Assembly: GCF_018977255.1 (NCBI RefSeq)
Contig: NW_024705387.1
Span: 1 to 49,747, forward strand
Source: Callorhinchus milii
Taxonomy: Eukaryota
Length of the DNA: 49,747 nucleotides
Reading direction: 5' to 3'
Of this stretch, positions 1 through 11,849 are shown piece by piece; the first letter of the stretch is position 1; the number at the start of each line of letters is the position of its first letter. Made by a program: the position numbers and the translations under genes. The notes below the pieces were generated by a model that was not told where the DNA came from, did no database searches, and saw nothing but the letters and a program-made list of their open reading frames with translations.

Positions 1-27
1 ACATCACTCCCACCCTCACCCTCACCC

Positions 28-500
28 TCACCCTCGCTCGCCTCCACTGGCTCCCCATCCCCCAGAGGATCGAATTCAAGATCCTCATCCTCGCCTACAA
101 GGCCATTCACGGCCTCGCTCCCTCCTACCTCTCTGACCTACTATCCCCCTACTTACCTGCCCGTACCCTCCGTTCCTCTGGCTCCGGTCTGCTCCACATC
201 CCCTGCCTCAACCGCCCTACCAGCGGTGGCCGGACCTTCAGCCTCTTAGCCCCGAGGCTCTGGAACTAATTCCCCCAGTGCCTTCGCCGCTTCCTCCCTT
301 TCCTCCTTCAAGGCCGGTCTCAAGACTTTTCTCTTTGACTGTGCCTTCAGCTTCCCTCTCAACTCTCTATCCCCTCCTCGCTCCTTCCCTCCCCTTGACT
401 ATTTCCCCCCTGCTCAGGTCCTGACCCAACTGTCCAGCGCCTTGGGACGTCCTCCCGACGTGAAAGGCGCTCTATAAATGGAATCTTGTTGTTGTTGTTG
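28..500 (+). mobile_element. L2-clade LINE 3' end
   Basis: Encodes LHWLPIPQRIEFKILILAYK; tail gggacgtcctcccgacgtgaaaggcgctctataaatggaatc(ttg)n. Confidence 0.85.
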
Positions 501-602
501 ACTGTGTCTGAGCTTCACTGTCTGACTGTATCTGTGTCTGAGCTTCACTGTCTGACTGTATCTGTGTCTGAGTTTCACTGTCTGACTGTTCTCTGTGTTT
601 AG

Positions 603-714
603 ATACCCAGACTTTCAATAAGGTGATCGAAATTAACCCCTATTTACTGGGCACCATGTCAGGCAGTGCAGCGGACTGTGTGTACTGGGAACGCAAGTTA
701 GCCATGCATTGCAG
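603..714 (+). CDS. PSMB8: PSMB8 exon 3
   Basis: tttag|ATACCCAG...TGCAG|gtacgt; encodes [30 protein letters not shown]. Confidence 0.95.
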
Positions 715-3700
715 GTACGTGTGAACAGTGAGTGTGAGTGTGCACTGCACATGCGTGTGAGCAGTGAGTGCGAGCAGTGGGCAAGTGTGATCAGTGAGTG
801 AGCAAGCACATATACAGGCAGGTACATGTGAGCAGTGAATGTGAGCTGTGAGTGTGAGCAGTGAATGTGAGCAGTGAGTGTGAGCAGTTAGTGTGAGCAG
901 TGAGTGTGAGCAGTGAGTGTGAAAGCACTGCAGATACATGTGAGCAGTGAGTGTGAGCAGTGAGTGTGAGCAGTGAGTGTGATGAAGTGCCCATGCTGTG
1001 AGAGGTGAGGTCTCTGATGCCTGCTCTAACCTCACGCTTGTGGTTCAGGATTTACCGGCTGCGGAACAAGCAGCGAATCTCGGTTTGTGCAGCCTCCAAA
1101 CTGCTGGCCAACATGGTGTCTGAGTACAGAGGAATGGGCCTCTCCATGGGCACCATGGTCTGTGGCTGGGACAAGAAGGTAAGTACATCTCCGCGATACA
1201 TAGCACTGTGTGTTTACACCCACCCAACCCAGTACATAGCACTATGTGTACACACCCCACCCCACCCCGGTACACACCAGCCTGACACCAGTACACAGTA
1301 CTGTGTGTGTACACACCACCCCACCCCGGTACACAACACTGTGTGTGTACACACCACCCCAATATACAGCAATGTGTACACACACCACCCTGACCCTGGT
1401 ACATAGCAATGTGTGTGTATACCTTACTCCAGTATACAGCACTGTGTACAAAACCACCCTGATACCAGTACACAGCTCTGTGTATGTACACATCAACCTA
1501 ACCCCAGTTCACAGCAGTGTGTGTACACACACCATCCTGATCCAGGTACACAGCACTGTGTTTGTGCACACAACAGCCTAACCAGGTACACAGAGTGTTG
1601 TATGTACATACACCACCTTGACCCAGCACCGGATACACATTACCCACAGCCTATGTGTGTTTTTGTGATTCTCATTAATCTGCCCCACATTCCTGACTAG
1701 TGCCTGACAGGACAGATCCCAGCACTCTCCGTGCCAATTCCCTTCACCTTCTGCAGCACCTCCATCACACTCAGCCTCTCAGCAACTATAACACATTCCA
1801 ACTTCTCAACTCTCTTCATAACTCACACACCCTCCGCGCGACATCCCAGTGGATCTGCCTTTTCCACGCAATCCTCCAACTGAGATCTAACCTCACTCTG
1901 TCCACAGTTCCCTACCTGTTCAAAACAGCGGTTGTCATCCCCTCCTCAAAAATCTTCCCTCAGGCCATCCCTGTTCTTGCGTACCGTCTCATTCCAACCC
2001 GCCTTTTCTCTCCAAGGTACTGAAATGAGTCATAGTTTCCCAGCTTCGCTCTTTCCTCTGCCTGGATGAACCCTCTAATCTGGCTTCCACACTGTCCACA
2101 GCACCAAGACTGTCCTGGTCACCAATGATATTCTGTGACCAGGGCTCTCTCTGCCTCCTTGTCCTTCTTGATCTCTCTACCGCCCTCGACCATCTCTCTG
2201 CCGCCTTTGACCTTCTCCACCAACTCCCTCAGGGCTCTATCCTCTCCTCTTTAATATCTACAAGCTCCCATTTGGCTATGTCGTCTGCAGGCATGGGGTC
2301 AACTTCCACATTTATACGGATGAAACCCAATATCTCTCTGCTTCCACCCAACTCCAGGACCACTGCTGTCCTGGAGGATTGTCTGACAGATATCAAGTCC
2401 TGGGTGACATCCCACCTTCTCCAGTTGAGCCAATACCTCTCCCCAAAAGCTGCTGAAACCCTGGTCCATGCCTTTGTCACCTCTCGGCTGGACTACTCCA
2501 ATCCCTGCTCACCAGTCTGCCATCCACTACCATCCATAAAATCCAAATCATTCAAAACTCTGCCGCCCGCATTGTCACCCGCACCAAACTCCGCTTCCCA
2601 ATCACCCCAGTCCTGGCCAGACTGCACTGGCTGCGTGTCCCAGAGTGGATCGATTTCAAGATCCTCACCCTTGTATTCAAGTCCCTGCACTCCTCTGCAC
2701 CCCCCGACCTCTCTGACCTCCTCTCTCCTCAAAACAGTACCCGTTGCTTTCGTTCCTCCGGGTCTGGCCTCCTCCTCATCCCCCGATTCCTCCGCTCCAT
2801 CCTTGGCAGCCGTGCCTTCAGCCACTATTTCCCGAGGCTTTGGAACTGCCTTCCTCATTCCCTTCGTCTCACTCCCTCCCTTCCCATTTTCAGGTCTCTG
2901 CTGAAGACCTTTCTTTTCAACCACGCCTTTGGTCACCTTCCCCCCCCTCCCCCTGGCTTGGTCCCCGGATCCGTTACTGTAAAGTGCTCTGAGTGTCCAG
3001 TGTGGAGGGCGCTGTATAAATCCAAGTTGTTGTTGTTGTTGAGCATTGACAAGACCAAGGCCCTCCTGATTGGCTTTAGTCAGCATCTCCACACCTCAGG
3101 TGCTGGCATCATCACCAGCCATGGATGCTCACTCCACCTCACTGAGCCAATGCAGAACCTCTGTGTCTCTTTCAACTCTCAACTGTTCTTCAAATCTCAC
3201 ATTCAAACTCTGACCCATTCAGCTTTCCCCCACCTCTGCAACATTGCCCACCTCTGCCACTGCCTCTCCCCTTCAGCCACTGAGACCAGTATCCATGAAT
3301 TAATCATGTCCAGGCTAGCCTAGCACTCTGCCAATTTGCTCTACATCCCAATTCTTCCCTCCACAAGTTGGCTACAGACCACCCAAACTCTAATTCTAAG
3401 AAACAGCGCTCGTCAAAATCAGAAATAGCATCCTCTCTCTCTGGGAAGTAGCATTCTCTCCCGCACCAAGCTCCGTAAAGCAATTACACCCATCCTCATC
3501 TGGCTCTCCATGCCCCAGAGCATTGAGTTCAAGATCATCATCCTCACCTTTAATGTCCTCTATGGTCTTGCCCCACCGTGAGCTCTGTGACCATCTTAAA
3601 TCCTACCAACCCACCCGTTCCCTCCACTCAGCTTCCACTGGCCTGTTTCACATCCCCGACCTGCCCACTCCAAAATCAGCGGTCAGGCTTTCAATCTGTC

Positions 3701-5748
3701 TGCTCCCACCCTATGGAACTCAATCTTGGAGTCCCTCCACCTCTTCCTTTGCTTCTGTCAAGGTCTGTCTCTTTGATTGCACCTTTGGGTAGCTTACCCC
3801 TCCCGCAGCCCCACCCCTCCCAAATCCAACCCCCAGTTCAGGTGCAAATGCTCGACTATCCAGTACCTTGGGGGTACCTCCCAAAATGACAGGTGCAATC
3901 TAAATGCAGTTTGTTGTTATAACCAGAGTGTAATGTTCACTGTTCCCTCCCTGTATCTGGACCTCTGCAGTTTGTCCTGTTTTAATGTTTTAACAATAGC
4001 AACCCGCACTTACATATCACCCTCCACACAGGGTAGTGTCTCAGAGCACTTATTACACAATCTGTAGAAGGTTATCAGACAAAGAATGAGATTTATTTAA
4101 CATTTTAGGGCCCTCAACTGTACTACGTGGGTGATTCAGGTATGAGACTCTCTGGGGAAAGGTTCTGCACAGGGTCGGGCAGCACCTACGCCTATGGTGT
4201 TCTGGACAGTGGACACAGACAGGACATGGAGGTGGAGGAGGCCTATCAGTTGGCACAGAGAGCGATCTACCATGCCACGCACCGCGATGCCTACTCTGGG
4301 GGCAAAGTGAACAGTGAGTAACTGTGAGCTATAAGGTAGAACTCCAATATCTGCCGAACATTTCTTATATTCAGGACAGAATCAGCAGGAGGTCACTCAG
4401 CCCATCAAGTCTGTTCTGGTAATTTATTGGTTCGTAGCAGACTCTGTGTGAACAAGTGTGTTCTGGTCTCACCATCCAAGCTCTAATTCTAAGAGACAGC
4501 GCTCATCAAAATCAGAAATGGCATCCTCTCCCTCTGGGACCAGGGCTCCCTCTGCATCCTTGTCGTCCTGGATCTCTCTGCCGCATTCACAGTATATCAT
4601 ACCATCCATCTCCACCGCCTGTCTTCCCTCATCCATCTTAGTGAGACTACACTTCCTTGGTTTGAGCCCTACTTAACCAACAGCCACTTCATCTCCATAA
4701 ATGCTTTCTGCTCCTGCCCTCACCTCTCTCGCAGTGAGAGACTGTCTGGTGTCTGTGTTTACAGTGTATTACAGTGAGAGACTGGCTGGTGTCTGCGTCT
4801 GTGTTGACAGTGTATCACAGGGAGAGACTGGTGACTGTGTTTACTGTGTATCACAGTGAGAGACTGGCTGGTGACTGTGTTTAATAATAATAATAATCCT
4901 TGCATTTGATATAGCGCTTTTCATGTCGGGAGGACGTCCCAAAGCGCTTCACAGAACACACTGTAAAGTGAATTGACTGTATATTTGTGGGCGAACGCGG
5001 CAGCCAATTGCGCACAGCAATGTCCCACAAACAGTCGTGGATTGAAAATGACCAATTTATTATTGTTTTGGGGTTTTTGGAGGGATTATTATGAGGCTCT
5101 GTGTGGAGTAAGGAAACTTGCCCAAGGTTTCGCCCTCTGCCTGGAATTGAACTCAGGTGTCTCGCTCGCAAAGCGAGTGCTCTAACCACTGAGCTACAGG
5201 ACTCCACACAAAGTTTACAGTGTATCACAGTGAGAGAGTGTCTGGTGACTGTGTCTGTGTTTACAATGTATCACAGAGAGAGACTGTCTGGTGTCTGTGT
5301 TTACAGTGTATCACAGTGCGAGACTGTCTGGTGACTGTGTCTGTGTTTACAGTGTATCACAGAGAGAGACTGTCTGGTGACTGTGTTTACAGTGTATTAC
5401 AGTGCGAGACTGGGTCTGTGTTTACAGTGTATCACAGTGCGAGACTGGTGACTGTGTTTACAGTGTATCACAGTGAGAGACTGTCTGGTGACTGTGTTTA
5501 CAGTGTATCACAGTGCGAGACTGTCTGGTGACTGTGTTTGCGGTGTATCACAGTGCGAGACTGGTGACTGTGTTTGCAGTGTATCACAGTGAGAGACTGT
5601 CTGGTGACTGTGTTTACAGTGTGTCACAGTGCGAGACTGTCTGGTGACTGTGTCTGTGTTTACAGTGTATCACATGCGAGAGGACGGCTGGATTAAAGTT
5701 TCGCAGGAGGATGTGGGTGATCTTCACTACAAGTACGCAGCGGAGTGA
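603..5748 (+). CDS. PSMB8: Immunoproteasome beta5i subunit PSMB8 (F lineage), 5'-partial; exons 603-714, 1049-1178, 4109-4313, 5666-5748
   Basis: Four GT-AG exons (112/130/205/83 bp) splice in frame to [92 protein letters not shown]...[41 protein letters not shown]. Intron positions match PSMB8 exons 3-6; exons 1-2 lie upstream of the window. Confidence 0.95.
715..1650 (+). repeat. Minisatellites in PSMB8 introns 3 and 4 (flanking exon 4)
   Basis: (gtgagcagtgagt)n at about 715-1000; acacaccacc...gtacacagcactgtgtgt units at about 1190-1650. Confidence 0.8.
1049..1178 (+). CDS. PSMB8: PSMB8 exon 4
   Basis: ttcag|GATTTAC...AAGAAG|gtaagt; encodes [43 protein letters not shown]. Confidence 0.95.
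1800..3920 (+). mobile_element. Degenerate L2 LINE fragments in PSMB8 intron 4
   Basis: [31 protein letters not shown] and HWL remnants; (ttg)n tail near 3025-3040. Confidence 0.8.
4109..4313 (+). CDS. PSMB8: PSMB8 exon 5
   Basis: ttttag|GGCCCT...GTGAACA|gtgagt; encodes GPQLYYV...[15 protein letters not shown]...[10 protein letters not shown]. Confidence 0.95.
4733..5665 (+). repeat. About 40-48 bp minisatellite containing the PSMB8 exon 6 acceptor
   Basis: Unit gtgtttacagtgtatcacagtgagagactgtctggtgact; interrupted by a SINE. Confidence 0.9.
4883..5207 (-). mobile_element. tRNA-derived SINE with Deu-like core and L2-type tail
   Basis: Minus head tagctcagtggttagagc...gagttcaattcc (A and B boxes), core tgctgtgcgcaattggctgccgcgtt, tail aagcgctttgggacgtcctcc...(att)n. 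Confidence 0.85.
5666..5748 (+). CDS. PSMB8: PSMB8 exon 6 (last coding exon)
   Basis: tttacag|TGTATCACATGCGAGAG...GAGTGA; encodes [26 protein letters not shown]. Confidence 0.93.
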
Positions 5749-5874
5749 GAGAGGGAGCCGGGGGTCACTCGGTCAGACCCCCTCCAGTGGGGCTCTGTGA
5801 GGTTGAAGTATCATCACTGACCCACTGATTTGCAATGAAGTGGACCTGGTTATGGCGTCCGCCTGTCTCAACTG

Positions 5875-5880
5875 ATTAAA
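5875..5880 (+). terminator. Candidate PSMB8 polyadenylation signal (ATTAAA)
   Basis: ATTAAA about 125 bp after the stop codon, followed by T-rich sequence. Confidence 0.6.
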
Positions 5881-6136
5881 GCTTTGTTTCAAACACATTC
5901 CACAGCCTCCCAGTGAAGACTGTTTACATCACGTAAATACCATCACATCATCACATCATCACAGCCTGAAATTCAGAAATACACTGAACATACAGTAAAC
6001 ATAGAGTAAATATACAGTAAACATAACACCATCACATTATCACAGCCTGAAACTCAGAAATACTGTAAACATAGTAAACATACAGTCAATATACTACAAA
6101 CAAACAATAAATATACAGTAAACATACAATAAATCC

Positions 6137-7051
6137 ATGTATGCAGATGACACTCAACTCTACTTTTCCACCTCCAGCTGCGACCCCCAGTCCCCTGATT
6201 ATTATGTCAGCTTGTCTGTCGGACATCAGGAGCTGGATGAGTGCAAATGTCCTGCAGTTAAACGTCAACAAGACGGAAGCCATACTCTTTGGCTCCCACC
6301 GACATCTTCTGTCCCACGGTTCCAACTTCCTCAACCTACCTGACCTGTCCTTAAAGTTCTCCGAACCCATGCACAACTTAGGCATCAGGTTCGATCCCCA
6401 GTTATCCTTCCTCCCCCATATCCGGTCCCTGACCAGCACCGCTTTCTTCTGCCTCCACCACATTGCCCATCTCCGACAATACCTCACCCCAAAAGCTGCC
6501 GAAACCCTTGTCCGTGCCTTTGTCACCTCTCAGCTGGACAGCTCTAACACCTTCCTCGCCGGTCACTCCTCCTCCACTATTCACAAATCCAGTGCATTCA
6601 AAACTCCGCCGCCTGCATTCTCTCCCGCACTGACCTCCGTATCCCGATTACTCCAGTCCTGGCCAAACCCCACTGGCTCCCAGTCACAGAGTGGATCCAC
6701 TTCAAGATCCTCACTCTGGTGCTTATATCCCTCTATTCCTTGCCCCACCAATCTCTCTAACCTCCTCTCTCCCACAGCAGAGCGCTGCCTCCACTCTACT
6801 GGGTCCAGTCATCCTCCGCTCCACCATCGGCAGCCGTGCCTTCAGCCACCATGCCCCAAAACTTTGGAAATCCCTCCCTCAACCCCTTGCTTTCTCCCCT
6901 TCCTTCCCCATCGTCAGGTCACCTCTGCAGACCTTCCTTTCCCACTGTGCCTATGGTCACCTTCCCCCTTGGCTTTGGGTTCCACCATTGTTAAACTCTG
7001 AGATGCCGCCCGGCATGGAGGGCACTATATAAGTGCAAATTGTTGTTGTTG
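6137..7051 (+). mobile_element. L2 LINE reverse-transcriptase C-terminal fragment with tail
   Basis: [42 protein letters not shown]; frameshifted; (ttg)n tail. Confidence 0.88.
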
Positions 7052-7064
7052 AGTAACGGTGGGG

Positions 7065-7812
7065 CAGCGTGTGTAACAGGCAGTAAGGCAATGCGTGTGT
7101 GTGTGTAACAGGCAGTGGGGCACTGTGTGTGTGTGTAACAGGCAGTGGGGCAGTGTGTGTGTGGGTGTAACAGGCGGTGGGGCAGTGGATGTGTGTTTAA
7201 CAGGCAGTGGGACAGTGTGTGTGTGTATATGTGTGTAACAGGCAGTGGGGCAGTGTATGTGTGTGTGGTAACATGCAGTGGGGTAGTGTGTGTGTAACAG
7301 GCAGTGGGGCAGTGTATGTGTGTGTGTTACAGGCAGTGGGGCAGTGTGTGTGTGTGTGTAACAGGCGGTGGGGCAGTGTGTGTGTGTGCCTACAGGCGGT
7401 GGGGCAGTGTGTGTGTGTATGTGTGTAACAGGCAGTGGGGCAGTGTGTGTGTGTGTAACAGGCAGTGGGGCAGTGTGTGTGTGTATATGTGTGTAACAGG
7501 CAGTGGGGCAGTGTAGGTGTGTGTAACAGGCGGTGGGACAGTGTGTGTGTGTGTGTGTGTTACAGGCAGTGGGACAGTGTGTGTGTGTGTATATGTGTGT
7601 AACAGGCAGTGGGGCAGTGTAGGTGTGTGTAACAGGCGGTGGGGCAGTGTGTGTGTGTGTGTTACAGGCAGTGGGGCAGTGTAGGTGTGTGTAACAGGCA
7701 GTGGGACAGCGTGTGTGTGTATATGTGTGTAACAGGCAGTGGGGCAGTGTAGGTGTGTGTAACAGGCAGTGGGACAGTGTGTGTGTGTGTGTTGCAGGCA
7801 GTGGGGCAGTGT
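7065..7812 (+). repeat. Minisatellite (gtaacaggcagtggggcagtgtgtgt)n
   Basis: Visible tandem units of about 30 bp. Confidence 0.9.
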
Positions 7813-7993
7813 GTACTGTAGGTGTCAGTAACACACGGCACTGACAGGCCAGGTTGGTTTTGTGAGCTGTGCGAGGCCGGGCTGCCTGGTGACTGGTGAC
7901 GAGGAGAGCAGCCGTCTGCCCTCAGCCACAGCCACAGCTTCCCCTGTGAAGACTGTTTGCTCTGAGCAGCGACAGGAAGCCACTCCCTCAGGA

Positions 7994-8045
7994 GGGGATT
8001 CCACGGTTTGTTTGCTGCCAAACTGGATTTTCTTTGGAAAGTCCC
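7994..8045. promoter_or_regulatory. Paired NF-kB motifs in the PSMB8-PSMB13 intergenic region
   Basis: GGGGATTCCA at 7994-8003 and GGAAAGTCCC (reverse complement of GGGACTTTCC) at 8036-8045. Confidence 0.45.
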
Positions 8046-8127
8046 GAGTGCAGGAGGAAGGCAAGAGCGAGCGGGGTGGTGGTGGGATGGGGGGGGCAGA
8101 GGTACAGCTACTGGGCAAACAACAACA

Positions 8128-8457
8128 ATAATAATAATAATCCTTGCATTTGATATAGTGCTTTTCGCGTCGGGAGGACGTCCCAAAGCGCTTCACAGAA
8201 CACACTGTAAAGTGAATTAACTGTATATTTGTGGGCGAACGCGGCAGCCAATTGCGCACAGCAGTGTCCCACAAACAGTCGTAGATTGAAAATGACCGAT
8301 TTATTATTGTTTTTGGTTTTGGAGGGATTATTATTAGGCTCTGTGTGGAGTAAGGAAACTTGCCCAAGGTTTCGCCCTCTGCCTGGACCTGAACTCAGGT
8401 CTCAGGTCTCTCGCTTGCAAGGCGAAGGCTCTAACCACTGAGCTACAGGACTCCACA
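8128..8457 (-). mobile_element. Same SINE family
   Basis: Near-identical to 4883-5207. Confidence 0.85.
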
Positions 8458-8465
8458 ACTTGCAT

Positions 8466-10655
8466 TTACACAGTGCCCCTCGCACAGGATAGTGTCCCAG
8501 AGCACGACTCCAAGCCGGGGGGAGGGGGAGGTGACCGTAGGCATGGTGGAATAGGAAGGTCTTCAGGCGCTACCCGAAAATGGGAAAGGAAGGGCAAGGC
8601 AGAGGGATAGGGGAAGAGTGTTCCAAAGTTTCGGGGCTTAGTGGCTGAAAGCACTGCCACCAATGGTGGAACGGGGGACATGCAAAAGCCCGGAGCCAGT
8701 TGAGCGGAGGCAGTGGGTTGTGTGTTGGGTGGTAAGCAGATTGGAGAGATGCCTGGGTATGAAGGGATTTGAAAGCTAGTGTGAGGATCTTGAAATTGAC
8801 CCATTCAGTAATGGGGAGTCAGTGGATCTTGGTTAGAACTGGTGTGATGGGTATGGAGTTTTGTGGGAGTGAGTTTGCGGGCGGCAGTTTTGGATCAGTT
8901 GGATCCTGTGCATAGTGGAGCTGGGGAGATTGGCAAAGAGGGCATTTGAGAAGTCCAGTCGGGAGGTGATGAGTGTTTCTGCTGCATCTGGGATAAGGTA
9001 GGTTCAGAGGTGGACAATGTGACAGAGGTGGAGGAAGGCGGTCCTGATCAGGGACCGGATGTTGGGCTGGAAGGAAAAATGGAAATGGGTTGGTAATTTG
9101 TGAGGTTGGAGGGAACAAGCTGGGTATTTGAGGAGGGGAATGATGACAGCTGTTTTAAGGGGGAGAGGACCAGAACCTGAGGAGAGTGACTGGTTGATTG
9201 TGTTGGCCAGCAGTGGGGAGAGGAGGGGGAGTTGAGTGACCAGCAGCTGGGTGGACAGCGGAGTCGAGGCAGCAGGCAGTGGCCTTCATCTGGGACAGGA
9301 CGGTTGAGAGGGAGGTGGGAATAATTGGGGCAAAGGAGTGTTGGGAGGGCCATGGTGGAAGATGGGTGTAGTGTTGATGGTCCAGGGGAGTGTGGAAGGG
9401 GATCTGGGGGAAGAGGATGCACCCAAGCAGATGTTTTGAGAGGCGGTAGTTGTGGAGACGCTCGAACCACAGCTGACAACAACAACAACAACAAGATTCC
9501 ATTTATAGAGCGCCTTTCACGTCGGGAGGACGTCCCAAGGCGCTGTACAGTTCGGTCAGGACCCGAGCAAGGGGGAAATGGTCAGGGTGAGGGGAGGGAA
9601 TGGAGGGAGTGAGGAGGGGTTAGAGAGTCGAGAGGGGAGCTGAAGGCACAGTCAAAGAGAAAGGTCTTGAGACCGGCCTTGAAGGAGGAAAGGGAGGAGG
9701 CGGCGAAGGCACTGGGGGATAGAGTTCCAGAGCCTCGGGGCTGAGAGGCTGAAGGCCCGGCCATCGATGGTAGGGAGGTTAGGGCGGGGGATGTGAAGCA
9801 GACTGGAGCCAGAGGAACGGAGGGTACGGGCAGGTAGGTAGGGGGATAGTAGGTCGGAGAGGTAGGAGGGAGCAAGGCCGTGAATGGCCTTGTAGGTGAG
9901 GATGAGGATCTTGAAATCGATCCTCTGGGGGATGGGGAGCCAGTGGAGGCGAGCGAGGGTGGGATCTCAATCCAAGACGGTGGATTGTGAGACAGGATTA
10001 ATGCCATCTGCGCTCGAGTGTCTGGGTTTTAGTTTTAGGGATCAAAGGTGTCTGTTGAACCAGGTGAATTTGGAAACAATCCTGGATTTCAGGGGAGCCA
10101 GGGACTTGAAGGATTTGGAGAGACAGTCATTCAGCAGCTTGATCTCAGGATCTCCGCGGGTGCAGGGCCAGAGGGAGAGGAGGTCCGAGGAAGAGAAGGC
10201 ATTTATGAAGGACTCGGGGAAGCTTTCTCCAGGGGCGTAAAAAGATGGTGAAGGGCTTGGAAGAGGGGAGAGTGATATGGGAGGAGAGGGAGATGAGGAT
10301 GTAGTCGGAGATGGCCTTGACCATGATGGACAGGTCGGAAAAGTCAAGGCCATAAGTGATGAAGAGGTCGAGGGGGTGGCCATGATTGTGGGTCGGTGAG
10401 TTGATGTAGAGGGTGAGGTTTCGGGAGGAGAGGAGGGCAGTGAAGTTGGAAGAGGTGGGGCAAGGGGAGTTTAGTGGAGGTTGAAATCACCCATTATGAG
10501 CAGGTGTTCAGTGCAGAGGGATAGGGAGAAAGGAGGAGATATCAGTGAGGAAGGAGCCAGGAGTTTTGAGATTGGGGGGGTGGGGGGAGCAATAAACTAG
10601 GAGGATTTTGAGGGAAAGGGAGGGAGGATGGTAAAAGGTGAAGTGCTCAAAGGAG
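8466..10655 (-). mobile_element. Cluster of L2 LINE fragments, including a young 3' end at 9476-9960 and an endonuclease remnant
   Basis: 9476-9960 is the reverse complement of 28-500; GDFN motif near 10480-10495; degenerate RT remnants. Confidence 0.75.
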
Positions 10656-10656
10656 A

Positions 10657-10843
10657 ATTTTCTCTTTGACCGTGCCTTCAGCTCCCCTCTCGACTCTCTA
10701 TCCCCTACTCGCTCCCTCCCTTCCCTCCCCTCATCCTGACCATTTCCCCCCAATGCTCGGGTCCTGACCCAACTGTACAGTGCCTTGGGACGTCCTCCCG
10801 ACGTGAAAGGCGCTCTATAAATGGAATCTTGTTGTTGTTGTTG
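10657..10843 (+). mobile_element. Short young L2 3' end
   Basis: Matches 325-500, including the (ttg)n tail. Confidence 0.8.
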
Positions 10844-11108
10844 AGGAGAAACAGCCAGAGGAATAGGGGGGATAGACCAAGGGAAGCTTGGGAAATGACG
10901 GACAGCTTTATTGGAGAGGGAGCGGACATTTTGAAGGGAAATGCAGATAGGGGAGAGGGGATGGGCATCAGGGTTTAGGTTCCAGAGACAGGGAGGGAAT
11001 GAAATAATGGACAGGAAGGGAAAGGAGGGACAATGTTTATGTTACAGAATGAACGCCAAATGGAATAGATACTATAACGTATACCAAATGACAATATTAT
11101 CTGCATCC

Positions 11109-11114
11109 TTTATT
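11109..11114 (-). terminator. Candidate PSMB13 polyadenylation signal (AATAAA)
   Basis: tttatt on + about 620 bp past the stop, in an AT-rich tract. Confidence 0.6.
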
Positions 11115-11199
11115 AAGCATTGGAAATACAACTAAAGGCGGTTTTCATTTCAGAAAAAATATTTTAATGTAATCTGAAAATTAATTGTAAAGTTCTACA

Positions 11200-11725
11200 C
11201 TCTACAGTACAGCCTGTGTTACACAGTGCATAGTACAGGCTATGTTACACAGTGCACATTACAGGCTGTGTTACACAGTACATGCTGTGTTAAACAGTAC
11301 ACAATGCAATGCAGGCTGTGTTCCACAGTACACAGTGTAGGCTGTGTTACACAGTAGAGTACAGACTGTGTTACACAGTGCACAGTACAGGTTGTATTAC
11401 ACAGTGCAGAGTACAGGCTGTGTTACACAGTACACACTACAGGCTGTGTTACACAGTACACACTACAGGCTGTGGTACACAGTACAGTCTGCGTTACACA
11501 GTACAGTCTGTGTTACACAGTACAGTCTGTGTTACACAGTGCAGGCTGTGTTACACAGTGCACAGTACAGGGTGTATTAAACAGTACACAATGAAGGCTG
11601 TGTTCCACAGTACACAGTGTAGGCTGTGTTACACAGTGCAGAGTACAGGCTGTGTTACACAGTGCACAGTACAGGCTGTGTTACACAGTACACAGTACAG
11701 GCTGTGTTACACAGTGCTGTACAGG
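11200..11725 (+). repeat. Minisatellite in the PSMB13 3'UTR
   Basis: (gtacaggctgtgttacacagtgcaca)n. Confidence 0.85.
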
Positions 11726-11737
11726 TTGATGGTCGCT

Positions 11738-11849
11738 CTATGAGATCTGCATTTCCTGCACCTCCTCGTGTATCAGCTGGAAGCTGAGGGGAGTGACATC
11801 TTTACTCAGCACCGCTGTACAGCCTCTCGGATACCGGTACCTCCCCAGT
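11738..11849 (-). CDS. PSMB13: PSMB13 exon 8 (last coding exon)
   Basis: ttgcag|ACTGGG...TCATAG; encodes [14 protein letters not shown]...EEVQEMQIS*. Confidence 0.9.

Noticed and set aside
4883..5207. tRNA gene (A and B boxes on minus)
   Set aside because: It is the head of a multi-copy SINE followed by core and LINE-like tail.
6141..7001. 286 aa ORF as a host gene
   Set aside because: Frameshifted L2 reverse-transcriptase remnant.
9476..10843. Inverted repeats of about 185 bp as DNA-transposon terminal repeats
   Set aside because: Both are independent L2 3' ends in opposite orientation, each with a (ttg)n tail.
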